A stretch of DNA of 64,000 bases. Source: Planctomycetota bacterium. Its GTDB lineage: Bacteria > Planctomycetota > GCA-002687715 > DRQF01. The notes below the pieces were generated by a model that saw nothing but the letters and a program-made list of their open reading frames with translations, did no database searches and was not told the DNA's origin. A program made the translations under genes and the position numbers. The DNA lies in contig JAZGFI010000090.1 of assembly GCA_036479435.1 (NCBI GenBank), positions 38,980 through 102,979 of the forward strand, in the 5' to 3' direction. Positions 41,801-50,381 of the stretch are shown here, in pieces (positions within the stretch are counted from its first letter, which is position 1; each line of letters begins with the position of its first letter).

Positions 41801-43306
41801 TTACGAATCGATGCCATGTTTTTTCATCCGATTGCTTAGTGTCTGATAGCTCGAAAGACCAAGCAGCTTGGCTGCATTGCTCTTATTCCCTGCTGCTTCT
41901 TCTATGGCACGCTCGATGTAATGTCGCTCTACAACGCCTAAGACTACATCTAGATCGAGATCTGTACCAAGAGAACGCCCTAAGATGTCAGATGCCGATG
42001 CAGCAATCGCAGGAAGCAAGGATTCTCTCGCGTCTTCAACCGTCATGGTCGCACCGTCTGACCAAATTGCCATTCTTCGCAAGGTATTGAGCAGCTCGCG
42101 CACATTTCCTGGCCACGAGTGCGACATCATAAGATTTCTTGCGCCAGCAGAGAGTTTCTTATCAACGAATCCTGGCTCGCCTTTCGCCTCATCGTTTACC
42201 TTCTTCATCAAATGGTCAAGCAGAAGCCCCAAATCGCCAGAACGGTCACGTAACGCCGGTATCTTGATGATGGCGACTGCCAGCCTATAAAAAAGGTCTT
42301 CCCTAAATCGACCGGAAGCGATCTCCTCGGTCAACGTCCGGTTTGTGGCGGCCACAATGCGAACGTCGATCTTGGTGGGCTTGGTTGCACCCAAGCGGAC
42401 GACTTCATTTTGATCGAGCACACGCAGCAGCTTGACCTGAGACAGCGCTGGCAATTCACCTATTTCGTCAAGGAATAGAGTGCCACCCTCTGCTGCTTCG
42501 AAGTAACCCTTCTTCTGCTTGGCTGCTCCGCTGAATGCTCCTTTCACGTAGCCAAAGAGCTCAGACTCGACCAATTCCGAGGGAATGGCGCCGCAATTCA
42601 CCGATACGAACTCACCTTTTGAGCGCGGGCTCGCCTTGTGAATCGCTCTGGCCAGCATTTCCTTGCCAGTTCCAGACTCGCCTTCAATCAACACTGGGAC
42701 ATTCCTGATGGCAACACGCCCTGCACGCTGAACCAGGCGGCTCATCACTCGGCTTCGATGGATGATGTCAGCAAATTCAGGTGACTCTGGCGAATCAGCA
42801 TGACTGAGCTCTTTAAGCCGTTCATCTCGTTCACGCAGTAGTTCCGGAATGAAATCCATGGATATGTCGAAGGGAACATCCACGACACGAACACCGTGAT
42901 CTCTCGATGACTCGATCAACTCTGCTTGAAAGCGGGTCTTGCCAAGCAGAATCCACACAGCTGCCATTGCTGGTGTGCCGGGGCTTAAATGAAACGTGAA
43001 TTTGACATCACTCTTTGTGCTTTCTTGAGCAGCCTCACAGCGCTGAACGACGGCTTCATGGATCTCCCCGAACGCAGTAGGTCCACTGAGTGACTCAACC
43101 GCAAGCTCAAGATCACCGCTATACCGCTCTCGGAGCCAATCGACATAGGGCACGGTGTCGGATTCAGGGTAATTCGTCATCAGGACCACGTGGTCATAGG
43201 ACTGCTGGGACAGAGCCTGTGCCACTGGTCCAAGCCCGACTTTGTCTGATTCTTTAGGAGCCCGAAGGTCAGTCAGTCCGACCCAAGACATGAGGATTTT
43301 GCGCAT
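41801..43306 (-). CDS. Sigma54 enhancer-binding protein with CARF/RtcR-like N-terminal sensor
   Basis: GESGTGKE, ESELFG, GAFSGA, FLDEIG, FREDLFYRL, WPGNVREL, Fis-type HTH; N-terminal FHLSPGTPAM; ATG at 43306. Confidence 0.92.
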   Translation of the reverse strand: MRKILMSWVGLTDLRAPKESDKVGLGPVAQALSQQSYDHVVLMTNYPESDTVPYVDWLRERYSGDLELAVESLSGPTAFGEIHEAVVQRCEAAQESTKSDVKFTFHLSPGTPAMAAVWILLGKTRFQAELIESSRDHGVRVVDVPFDISMDFIPELLRERDERLKELSHADSPESPEFADIIHRSRVMSRLVQRAGRVAIRNVPVLIEGESGTGKEMLARAIHKASPRSKGEFVSVNCGAIPSELVESELFGYVKGAFSGAAKQKKGYFEAAEGGTLFLDEIGELPALSQVKLLRVLDQNEVVRLGATKPTKIDVRIVAATNRTLTEEIASGRFREDLFYRLAVAIIKIPALRDRSGDLGLLLDHLMKKVNDEAKGEPGFVDKKLSAGARNLMMSHSWPGNVRELLNTLRRMAIWSDGATMTVEDARESLLPAIAASASDILGRSLGTDLDLDVVLGVVERHYIERAIEEAAGNKSNAAKLLGLSSYQTLSNRMKKHGIDS

Positions 43307-43313
43307 GTCTGAT

Positions 43314-43335
43314 AAATACAAGATTTCTTGTATTT
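43314..43335. promoter_or_regulatory. Perfect palindrome, probable activator binding site
   Basis: AAATACAAGA-TT-TCTTGTATTT. Confidence 0.65.
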
Positions 43336-43524
43336 TGACAAGATACCTTACCTGTATTCTCCAAAACTCTGCTCAAGCAGGCCACAGGGAACGATTTGAA
43401 GATCTTCCACATCACAAAAGATCGTTGCTGATTGATCTCATGGGCCATATCCCCGAACGATAAGGCTCGACCCTATCCATTCTCCCAGCCAGTGCGTCCG
43501 AGCACTCCAAGCACAGAATCCGTT

Positions 43525-43544
43525 TGGCACGCCGGGTGCGATAG
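43525..43544 (+). promoter_or_regulatory. Sigma54 (-24/-12) promoter upstream of the DUF2130 gene
   Basis: TGGCACGCCGGGTGCGATAG, 45 nt before ATG 43590. Confidence 0.8.
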
Positions 43545-43589
43545 AAGAAGCCAACAAGAAACATCAAAACCAATATCGCGAGCAATCAC

Positions 43590-44843
43590 ATGAACAACTC
43601 AATCACTTGTCCTGCATGCAAAACTGACTTCGAGATTAGCTCGGCGTTGCGCATGCAACTCGACGCAAAGATCCGAAGCGAACTTGCCGTAGAAACTGCG
43701 ACCAAAGAGTCGGCGATCAAGAAAGCACAGCTGCAACTCAAAAAAGACCAATCGAAGTTACAGGACTCGGAAGAGGAAATTGCGCAACTCGTCAAAGCTG
43801 GAATCAAGACAGAAACTCACAGACTGGCCACTCAAGCTAAGAAGCAAGCAATGGCCGACCTCGCCGTTGAAACGGAGGCTCATGCTCAAGAGCTGAAAGA
43901 AACGCAGTCGAAGCTCAAGGAATCACAAGCGAACGAACTTCAGTTGAGGAAGAATGAAAGAGATCTGAAGTCACGGGAGGAAGCCATGAAACTCCAAGTT
44001 GCACGTCAGATGGATGCGGAGCGGACTCAGATCATAGACGAAGCGAAGAAGCAGCAAGCTGAGCAGCAACAATTAACGGACGCCGAGAAAGAAAAACAGA
44101 TCTCCGGTCTCAGAGAGACTATTGACCTACTCAAGCGCAAGGCGGAGCAAGGATCCCAACAACTTCAAGGCGAAGTCTTTGAACTGGCTTTAGAGGAATT
44201 GCTCGAAGCTTCCTTCCCTACAGACTCAGTTGTTCCAGTCGCAAAAGGAGTTCGCGGTGGCGATGTGCACCAAACCGTCTTGAATCGGGCCGGACTGGAT
44301 TGTGGTCAGATCATGTGGGAAACGAAAAGGACCACGAGCTGGAATAATGCGTGGCTTGCGAAGGCTCGAGACGATCAACGAGATGCGCGTGCAAGCTGCG
44401 CTGTCATCGTCAGCCAGGCTCTTCCGAATGGGATCCAGACTTTCTCACTGATTGAAGGAGTCTGGGTCTGTTCCTGGAAATGCGTCACAGGGTTGGCGAC
44501 TGCTTTACGACAAGGGCTGATCGAAGTTGGCAAAAGCAAACTTGCACAACTTGGACAGAACCAAAAAATGGAGCTGGTCTACAACTATTTGGCTGGCAAG
44601 GAATTCCAACTTCGTGTGGCCGGTGTAGTTGAGGCATTCATGACCATGAAAAGTGACCTCGAATCAGAGAAACGCGCAATGACTCGTATCTGGTCCAAGC
44701 GAGAGAAGCAATTAGAGCGTGCCTTCAACAACACTGCCGGTCTCTATGGCGATGTGGAGGGAATAATTGGCGCTTCAATGCCGACCATCGAAGGGTTGAC
44801 GTTGCCACTGATTGAAGACACGCAGCAACAAGACAAATCTTGA
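43590..44843 (+). CDS. DUF2130-family coiled-coil protein
   Basis: N-terminal CPAC; long coiled coil; SQQLQGEVFE, KGVRGGD, WETKRT, W.KREKQ. Confidence 0.85.
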   Translation: MNNSITCPACKTDFEISSALRMQLDAKIRSELAVETATKESAIKKAQLQLKKDQSKLQDSEEEIAQLVKAGIKTETHRLATQAKKQAMADLAVETEAHAQELKETQSKLKESQANELQLRKNERDLKSREEAMKLQVARQMDAERTQIIDEAKKQQAEQQQLTDAEKEKQISGLRETIDLLKRKAEQGSQQLQGEVFELALEELLEASFPTDSVVPVAKGVRGGDVHQTVLNRAGLDCGQIMWETKRTTSWNNAWLAKARDDQRDARASCAVIVSQALPNGIQTFSLIEGVWVCSWKCVTGLATALRQGLIEVGKSKLAQLGQNQKMELVYNYLAGKEFQLRVAGVVEAFMTMKSDLESEKRAMTRIWSKREKQLERAFNNTAGLYGDVEGIIGASMPTIEGLTLPLIEDTQQQDKS

Positions 44844-45380
44844 ATCAACTAAACGTTTGCGCAGCTTCCCTTGGGGCAATGGATCAAGGCGATGTGATCA
44901 AAGATCTTCAATGATCGTTCTTGCCACGCCAGGCAAGACGCTCGTTTCTCACCGATTGGTCATTTTCATGAATGTGGGTGCAGTTGTCTTGCAGCAGTGG
45001 GGCACACAGCGAAGCCATTGGTCTTGGGCGAACGAGTTGACAACAGACATGATTGGCTGGGCAAGTCTCGTTCTTGGAGGTTCGTATTTCCGAGACGTGA
45101 GGAAGGGCAGATCTTCAATCTTCGGGTAGACCTATCGGACCTCTCGTTTGATCAGGACTCCAACAGAGCAGGGGAACGAACGTCTTCGGTTGTTCGAAGA
45201 GTAACCGCTTGTTGAGATGTGCGACTCGTGAGGATCAAGCTCGCGGTTACCGTATCCGCAACCGAGCGTAACCCGTTGCGATTCGGTTCAACCAATGCAA
45301 CGCTTGCTACATTTGCAACCGAACAGTAACGTCATGGATGACATGAGGTTGCACAAGAAGTGGGGGAGGCCAGGAACGGC

Positions 45381-45424
45381 TTCACACCGAAGAGGTCACT
45401 GGTTCGAATCCAGTATCGCCCACT
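45381..45424 (+). repeat. attR: duplicated 3' half of tRNA-Val
   Basis: TTCACACCGAAGAGGTCACTGGTTCGAATCCAGTATCGCCCACT. Confidence 0.95.
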
Positions 45425-45427
45425 AAG

Positions 45428-45462
45428 AAAGCCTCGAGTCTTTTGGACTTGGGGCTTTTCTT
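45428..45462 (+). terminator. Terminator, probably the displaced tRNA-Val terminator
   Basis: AAAGCCTCGAGTC / GACTTGGGGCTTT stem followed by T-rich tail, directly after attR. Confidence 0.7.
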
Positions 45463-45607
45463 GTGGGTGGGGCGGGAGTGTTCGCCGCGCAGGGTCTGAT
45501 TAGCAGCCCGATCGTTCTTCGCATTCAAGAGTTGAGCCTATGGCTCTTCCGCGGCGCGGTCACCCTTGCATCATTGGCTCTGGCAGTCACGATCGGCGTG
45601 CCGGGGA

Positions 45608-47497
45608 TCATTTTCCCAGCGTCGCCCAGACGTCATCGCCGACAATCACCTTGCGCCACGATCCGATATTCTCGTAGGTGCCGGGTTTCAAGTCGGACGA
45701 TTTGACGTGGAGGGTGATACTTTTGAAGGACCCTCCCATCGCGGCGAGCTCCGCTTGGGAGTGATGCCCGTCGAAGTAGAACGTACTCCAGCAAGAGCCC
45801 TTAGCGTCCAGTTTCCCGAACACTCTTCCCTTGAGATAAAGGTCGGTGTAGCTGCGCACCTTCAAAGTGCCGTACACATTTCCGGTGAGATAGACGGTCG
45901 CGTAGGACTTGATCCGCAAGGTGCCGTACAAATCGCCGTCGAGATAGGCGTAGCCATAGGAGTTGACCGTAATCTCGCCGTTCATATCCCCCAGCACGCC
46001 GACGGCGCCGTATCGGTTGATCGCAACCTTGCCGCCTTCGACGATACCGTCGAGGGCAAAGACGGCGGCTCTTGAATCGATCGCGATCTCCGTTTGAAGC
46101 CGGTGTGGGACAACAATGTGCTCGCGATCTCTGAGCGCGGTCACGGGAAGTAAGTTCTCGACCACGCCGTAGTCGCCATCCATGAAGCTATGAAAGGTTT
46201 GACCCGGAACCGTGGCTCCGCGCGCCAGGGCGCGGCGAATGGCCTCACTCATTGTCTTTGATGGTTGCCCGTGGGTTCTCGGCAGGCCGAGTTCTCCGCC
46301 ACCGTTGACGCGTTCGACCGCCTCGTAGCCGACCCTGACCCAGCGCTTGAGCGCCTCGGGATGGGGATGCAATTCGAGCAGGCAGAGCTTGTAGACTTTT
46401 CCATTCCTGGCCGCGACGAGTCCCAAACCAATGCGCTTAGGGTCGCAATGTTCATAGAGCCAAAGATCACGCTTGGAAAGAACGAGCGGCGCACTGGTCA
46501 AGAGCTTGAAGGTCTCATTGGGATCGCGGGGAAGTCCGATCGAGGTCATGGGTGATAGAGCGGGCATCGCTCCTTGCGGACAAGACAGTGAAATCCCATG
46601 CCGGATGTCTTGGCAATACAGATCCAGCGTCGAGCGCTCGCGATCAGGAATGGGCCCCTTTTCGCCGAACACGAAGGCGTCCCCGATCCGAAGCGTCACT
46701 TCTCCTTTCGACACCGTCGAGAGTTGCGCTGTGATTGGCGCAACGGCAAACGCGAGCGGGATGGTGGCGCGGTGTGCGACGCGATTCGCCTCTAGTACCT
46801 TGGACTCAGGTGCCTTCGACGACCTAAACTCGAGGGCGTTGCTGTCATTAGGAGCCTCCAGAACCCCCAAGCTCCAACCACCTATCACCATCAGCGCCAC
46901 GGCCGCCGCCGCGACCAGGGCAATCCCGGACCCAGCGACCGAAACTGATTTGCCGGCCGCCGGAACGAGTAAGGCCGCCAAGGCGCCCCGAAGCCCCTCG
47001 GGGTGATGACGAGACGAGGCCTCCAGGTTTGATCGAATCTGTGTCACTCCGGCTCGAATCCGACTGCGAACCGTGTCGACTTTCAACCCCAACTGATTGG
47101 CGATGACCCGAGGAGAATGCCCGTCATGGAAACGCAACAAGACGACCGTGCGTCGCTCCTCGGGCAGCTCCATCACGGATTTCACGATCAATCTCGATAT
47201 CTCCATCCGCTCCAGCAATCGCGAATCCCATTGCGCTTCCGTGACGGCGCTGGCCTGCTCGCGCTCGGCAACGCGTTTTCGACTTCGCACGAGATTCAAA
47301 GAGTGATTGCGGACCACTCGAACCAACCACCCCCTCAAATCCGATGGAGCGGAACCATGACCGCGCAAGGCCGACAACCAGGTTTGCTGCTCGACTTCAT
47401 CGATATCCGCTGAGTTTCTTAGGACTCGCCGCGCCATCGCACGAACGAATTCTCGATGTTCTAGCAGCGCTTCTATTTTCAATTCGACCTGGGCCAT
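45608..47497 (-). CDS. Membrane-anchored ECF sigma factor with extracytoplasmic beta-repeat domain
   Basis: DEVEQQTWL, LRGWLVRVVRN, region 4 HTH, TM helix, four 18-aa repeats; GGAGG RBS. Confidence 0.85.
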   Translation of the reverse strand: MAQVELKIEALLEHREFVRAMARRVLRNSADIDEVEQQTWLSALRGHGSAPSDLRGWLVRVVRNHSLNLVRSRKRVAEREQASAVTEAQWDSRLLERMEISRLIVKSVMELPEERRTVVLLRFHDGHSPRVIANQLGLKVDTVRSRIRAGVTQIRSNLEASSRHHPEGLRGALAALLVPAAGKSVSVAGSGIALVAAAAVALMVIGGWSLGVLEAPNDSNALEFRSSKAPESKVLEANRVAHRATIPLAFAVAPITAQLSTVSKGEVTLRIGDAFVFGEKGPIPDRERSTLDLYCQDIRHGISLSCPQGAMPALSPMTSIGLPRDPNETFKLLTSAPLVLSKRDLWLYEHCDPKRIGLGLVAARNGKVYKLCLLELHPHPEALKRWVRVGYEAVERVNGGGELGLPRTHGQPSKTMSEAIRRALARGATVPGQTFHSFMDGDYGVVENLLPVTALRDREHIVVPHRLQTEIAIDSRAAVFALDGIVEGGKVAINRYGAVGVLGDMNGEITVNSYGYAYLDGDLYGTLRIKSYATVYLTGNVYGTLKVRSYTDLYLKGRVFGKLDAKGSCWSTFYFDGHHSQAELAAMGGSFKSITLHVKSSDLKPGTYENIGSWRKVIVGDDVWATLGK

Positions 47498-47709
47498 GAG
47501 AAACCTCCAAGGGCTTGAATCTCGCTCCACCCCAAGGACACCAGGAGTCAAGATACGGGACCGAATCTCTCAGAGAATTTCGTGTGGTCTTCGAGAACCG
47601 AGCTTGCCACGGAAATAATCAGCCCTACGGTGCCAGTCGTTTTCCGCTTGTTCTAACGGGTCCCACGTCTTGTTGGGAGACGATGTCTTCGCGAGGCCAG
47701 TAAGTTCGG

Positions 47710-48030
47710 CTATTGCGGGTCTTGGTCTTCTACTGGCGCCATCCCGGTCTTTTTTGCCCGGTGGCCCGGTTTGGCGAGGATTTCCACGTAGACGGTCTCA
47801 TGGTCTTGCTCAGCGGTGGCGCCGATGCACTTGCCGAGATCGTTGACGTGAGTGACTTGGGCTTCTGATTCGGTCGGCCCGCATTTGCAGGCGAAATCCC
47901 AAAAGTCGATACCCTCGGGAAGCGCCTTGCGACGTTCCCTTCTTAGATACTTTCGGACCTCAGAGCGTACGGCATCAACGAGCCGGTCCACCTTGGTCTT
48001 GGGGTGCGCAAGTTTGAAGGTTCTTTTCAT
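47710..48030 (-). CDS. DUF6172-like small protein
   Basis: MKRTFKL, KYLRRERRKALPEGIDFWDF, YVEILAKPG. Confidence 0.7.
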   Translation of the reverse strand: MKRTFKLAHPKTKVDRLVDAVRSEVRKYLRRERRKALPEGIDFWDFACKCGPTESEAQVTHVNDLGKCIGATAEQDHETVYVEILAKPGHRAKKTGMAPVEDQDPQ

Positions 48031-48331
48031 AGTAGATCTTTGGGTCTGGAGCGCATCGCTTTAGCTCTTAATTGGGTCAGCGGCATGCCGATGAAATTGA
48101 ACCTTGCGTTAGGAGAGCGATTCGAAGTCTCCAGGCTGGCTGCTCGTCCGATTTTGGAACCTCCGAAACCTAACTTCATTGGCAGGTGCGGGGCCAGCAG
48201 GAAAAGCGTTTGCAGGCGAATTTTCCAGAGGTCTGTGGTGCGACTAAGTTCATTATTGAGCTAACGATTTCTCATCGATTTGGCGTCCATACCTCAGAGA
48301 GCATCGGGTTAGTGACGGGTTTGAAATGGCG

Positions 48332-50305
48332 CTAGGACTCCAGGCCGATTTCTTTGAGGAGAGCTGCGTGATCGGTGTGAATGATCTGGGCGCTTGGGCC
48401 AGGAAAGTCCGGCAGCGTGAGAATCAGCCGTCTGACCTTTCTGCGGTAGTGCTCGTTAGTTTTAGCCGCTTCTCGGGGGCTTAGTCCGTCGAGGGAAGGC
48501 GAGGGTTCGTCGAGCCACTCCTTCTGAGTTTTTTGCAAGAACTCGGTGATGGCCTTGATGGCTTCGGGGTCGATGGGGGCATCATGTTCAAGAGAGGGGA
48601 GTGCGTCGTCGGGGGACGCGGGTTCTTGGTGCAACACTTTTTTGGAGAGGTACTTGACGCAACCCAGGCCGTCTAACCATCGACAAGTCTCGTTCATGTT
48701 CTCGAGTGATTTACAGTGAATGGAAAGCTCGTCACCCAAGATTTCGAATAGGGCACGTAGCAGTCCTAGGGAATCTGGCCCAGCGTCGATTCGGTGGGTG
48801 AGGAGGGCGTAGTTGTCACCGTTGGTGTTGTGGTCGATGTAGGGATCTGCATCGAACGCGGAGATGAGAGCGCGGTAGTCGAGGATCTTGTACCAAGCGT
48901 CAACGGGGACGACTTCGTGACCCTCGCTGGTCCGGTACTCTGGTGGTGATTGGAGGTACTCGCTGAGCCAAGGCCACAGCCGGCCAAGCTCATCAAAGCC
49001 CGATTCGATGTAAGAGTCACCGAAGACGACACCTTGCTCCTCCAAGAAGCCGATGGCGTCTTCTGCCGCCATCGGTGGGATGGCTGGGCCCAGGTTGATC
49101 GCCAAAGTGAAGCCACCAATGGAGTACAAGCCAGCAACAAAGCACGCGCCCGCCGCGGCCGACAAAGACATGGCCACGTCGTTGAGGACGGTGGACTCGC
49201 CATCGAGGAGATTCGTCAGTGTCAAAGAGCGTCCAGCATCGATCTCTTGGACTCGAAACATCGAAGCATGACTGTGCGCACGAGCCTCAAGAAGTTGCCT
49301 CTGCGCCGGGTCTGGTTTTTTGGACAGTAGTAACTTTTCCTCGACCGTCCGGGAGCGCTTCGTGGGCCGGTAGTATCGGCCAACCCATTCAAAAAGGGTG
49401 AACCAGATGACATCCTTGGCAGCGTCGCCGCCGGGGAATGTGATCTCGTCGATGGTGCAGCCAAAAAAGCGCTTCTGGGCGCGCTGGTTGTTGCGTCCAA
49501 GCCGAGCGATTTCCAGGCCTAGCAACTCACAGACTGAAATGCCGACCTCTTGCCAGTCAGAAAACCCAAGGGGGAAGCTCGGAAGCGCAGCTTTCGGCGT
49601 GGTCGGGATTTCCTGATTCTCAGCATCAATGATCTTTATCAGCTTTTCGAAAGACGACTCTTCTTTCTCCCAACTATCCGGATCTTTGATGTGGAGCGGG
49701 TGGGCAAGGTCAGGAGTGCCGCTGGCCGAGGGCGCTTTAATGATGCGGGCTCTCACCGTGGGTTTGAAGGCGGTACCCCCAAGATCGAAGTGGAGAAGTT
49801 TGTCTTCCGTACACTTCATTGGTTTCAGGCAACCCTGTTCATCGGCCTCAAGAACCGCATTGATGATCCACAGTAGCCGTTTTTGGTCGCGCCGTTTCGG
49901 CACGCGAGCCGCATGCCCGGGAGTCATTTGAATAAAAACAGGAACCGACGCCTCGCGCCGCGCGTTGAGGCCAGCCGCATCCAAGATGCGGCGATCATCT
50001 GGAGCCAAAAGGCATAGGTTTTGGAACGAAAATCCCATAAAGGACAGACTTTGTTCCAGGGAAGTTCCCTCCAGGGACTCACCGCGGAGGACTCGCCGCA
50101 AGGTGTCGAGGCCAAGGGGGCCGTCATGCACATTGATCCCGAACTCCATCCCAGATCGTCCCATGAGCGTCGCGATCTGAACTTCGGATTCATCGGGGAT
50201 CTTGAGCGAAATTGCCGCCTCGGAATCGACATCAAACCACAGTCGCCGACGGCGAAACTCCAGCGCGGCTGAGACGAGGGACTTGGTGATGCGATCGGTG
50301 GCCAT
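48332..50305 (-). CDS. Hypothetical multidomain protein with C-terminal Xre/MbcA-like (DUF2384) motif
   Basis: EWLDEPSPSLDGLSPREAAK; start placed at ATG 50305. Confidence 0.6.
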   Translation of the reverse strand: MATDRITKSLVSAALEFRRRRLWFDVDSEAAISLKIPDESEVQIATLMGRSGMEFGINVHDGPLGLDTLRRVLRGESLEGTSLEQSLSFMGFSFQNLCLLAPDDRRILDAAGLNARREASVPVFIQMTPGHAARVPKRRDQKRLLWIINAVLEADEQGCLKPMKCTEDKLLHFDLGGTAFKPTVRARIIKAPSASGTPDLAHPLHIKDPDSWEKEESSFEKLIKIIDAENQEIPTTPKAALPSFPLGFSDWQEVGISVCELLGLEIARLGRNNQRAQKRFFGCTIDEITFPGGDAAKDVIWFTLFEWVGRYYRPTKRSRTVEEKLLLSKKPDPAQRQLLEARAHSHASMFRVQEIDAGRSLTLTNLLDGESTVLNDVAMSLSAAAGACFVAGLYSIGGFTLAINLGPAIPPMAAEDAIGFLEEQGVVFGDSYIESGFDELGRLWPWLSEYLQSPPEYRTSEGHEVVPVDAWYKILDYRALISAFDADPYIDHNTNGDNYALLTHRIDAGPDSLGLLRALFEILGDELSIHCKSLENMNETCRWLDGLGCVKYLSKKVLHQEPASPDDALPSLEHDAPIDPEAIKAITEFLQKTQKEWLDEPSPSLDGLSPREAAKTNEHYRRKVRRLILTLPDFPGPSAQIIHTDHAALLKEIGLES

Positions 50306-50381
50306 GACTGACGACTTATAGTTCGAGCTTAAGGAAAAAGGCGTAGACGATCCGCCATGATACTGGGTCCCGGCTACTTCA

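Larger units (their letters stand above)
23251..45424. mobile_element. Genomic island (~22 kb) integrated in tRNA-Val
   Basis: 44-bp direct repeat 23251-23294 / 45381-45424 with 2 mismatches; adjacent tyrosine integrase; visibly more AT-rich cargo with defence genes. Confidence 0.95.

Noticed and set aside
45361..45424. Second tRNA-Val gene
   Set aside because: Only the 3' half from the anticodon loop is present; the upstream sequence cannot form the D-arm or acceptor stem. It is attR.
23251..45424. Prophage or complete ICE
   Set aside because: No capsid, terminase, tail, relaxase or type IV secretion genes recognised.
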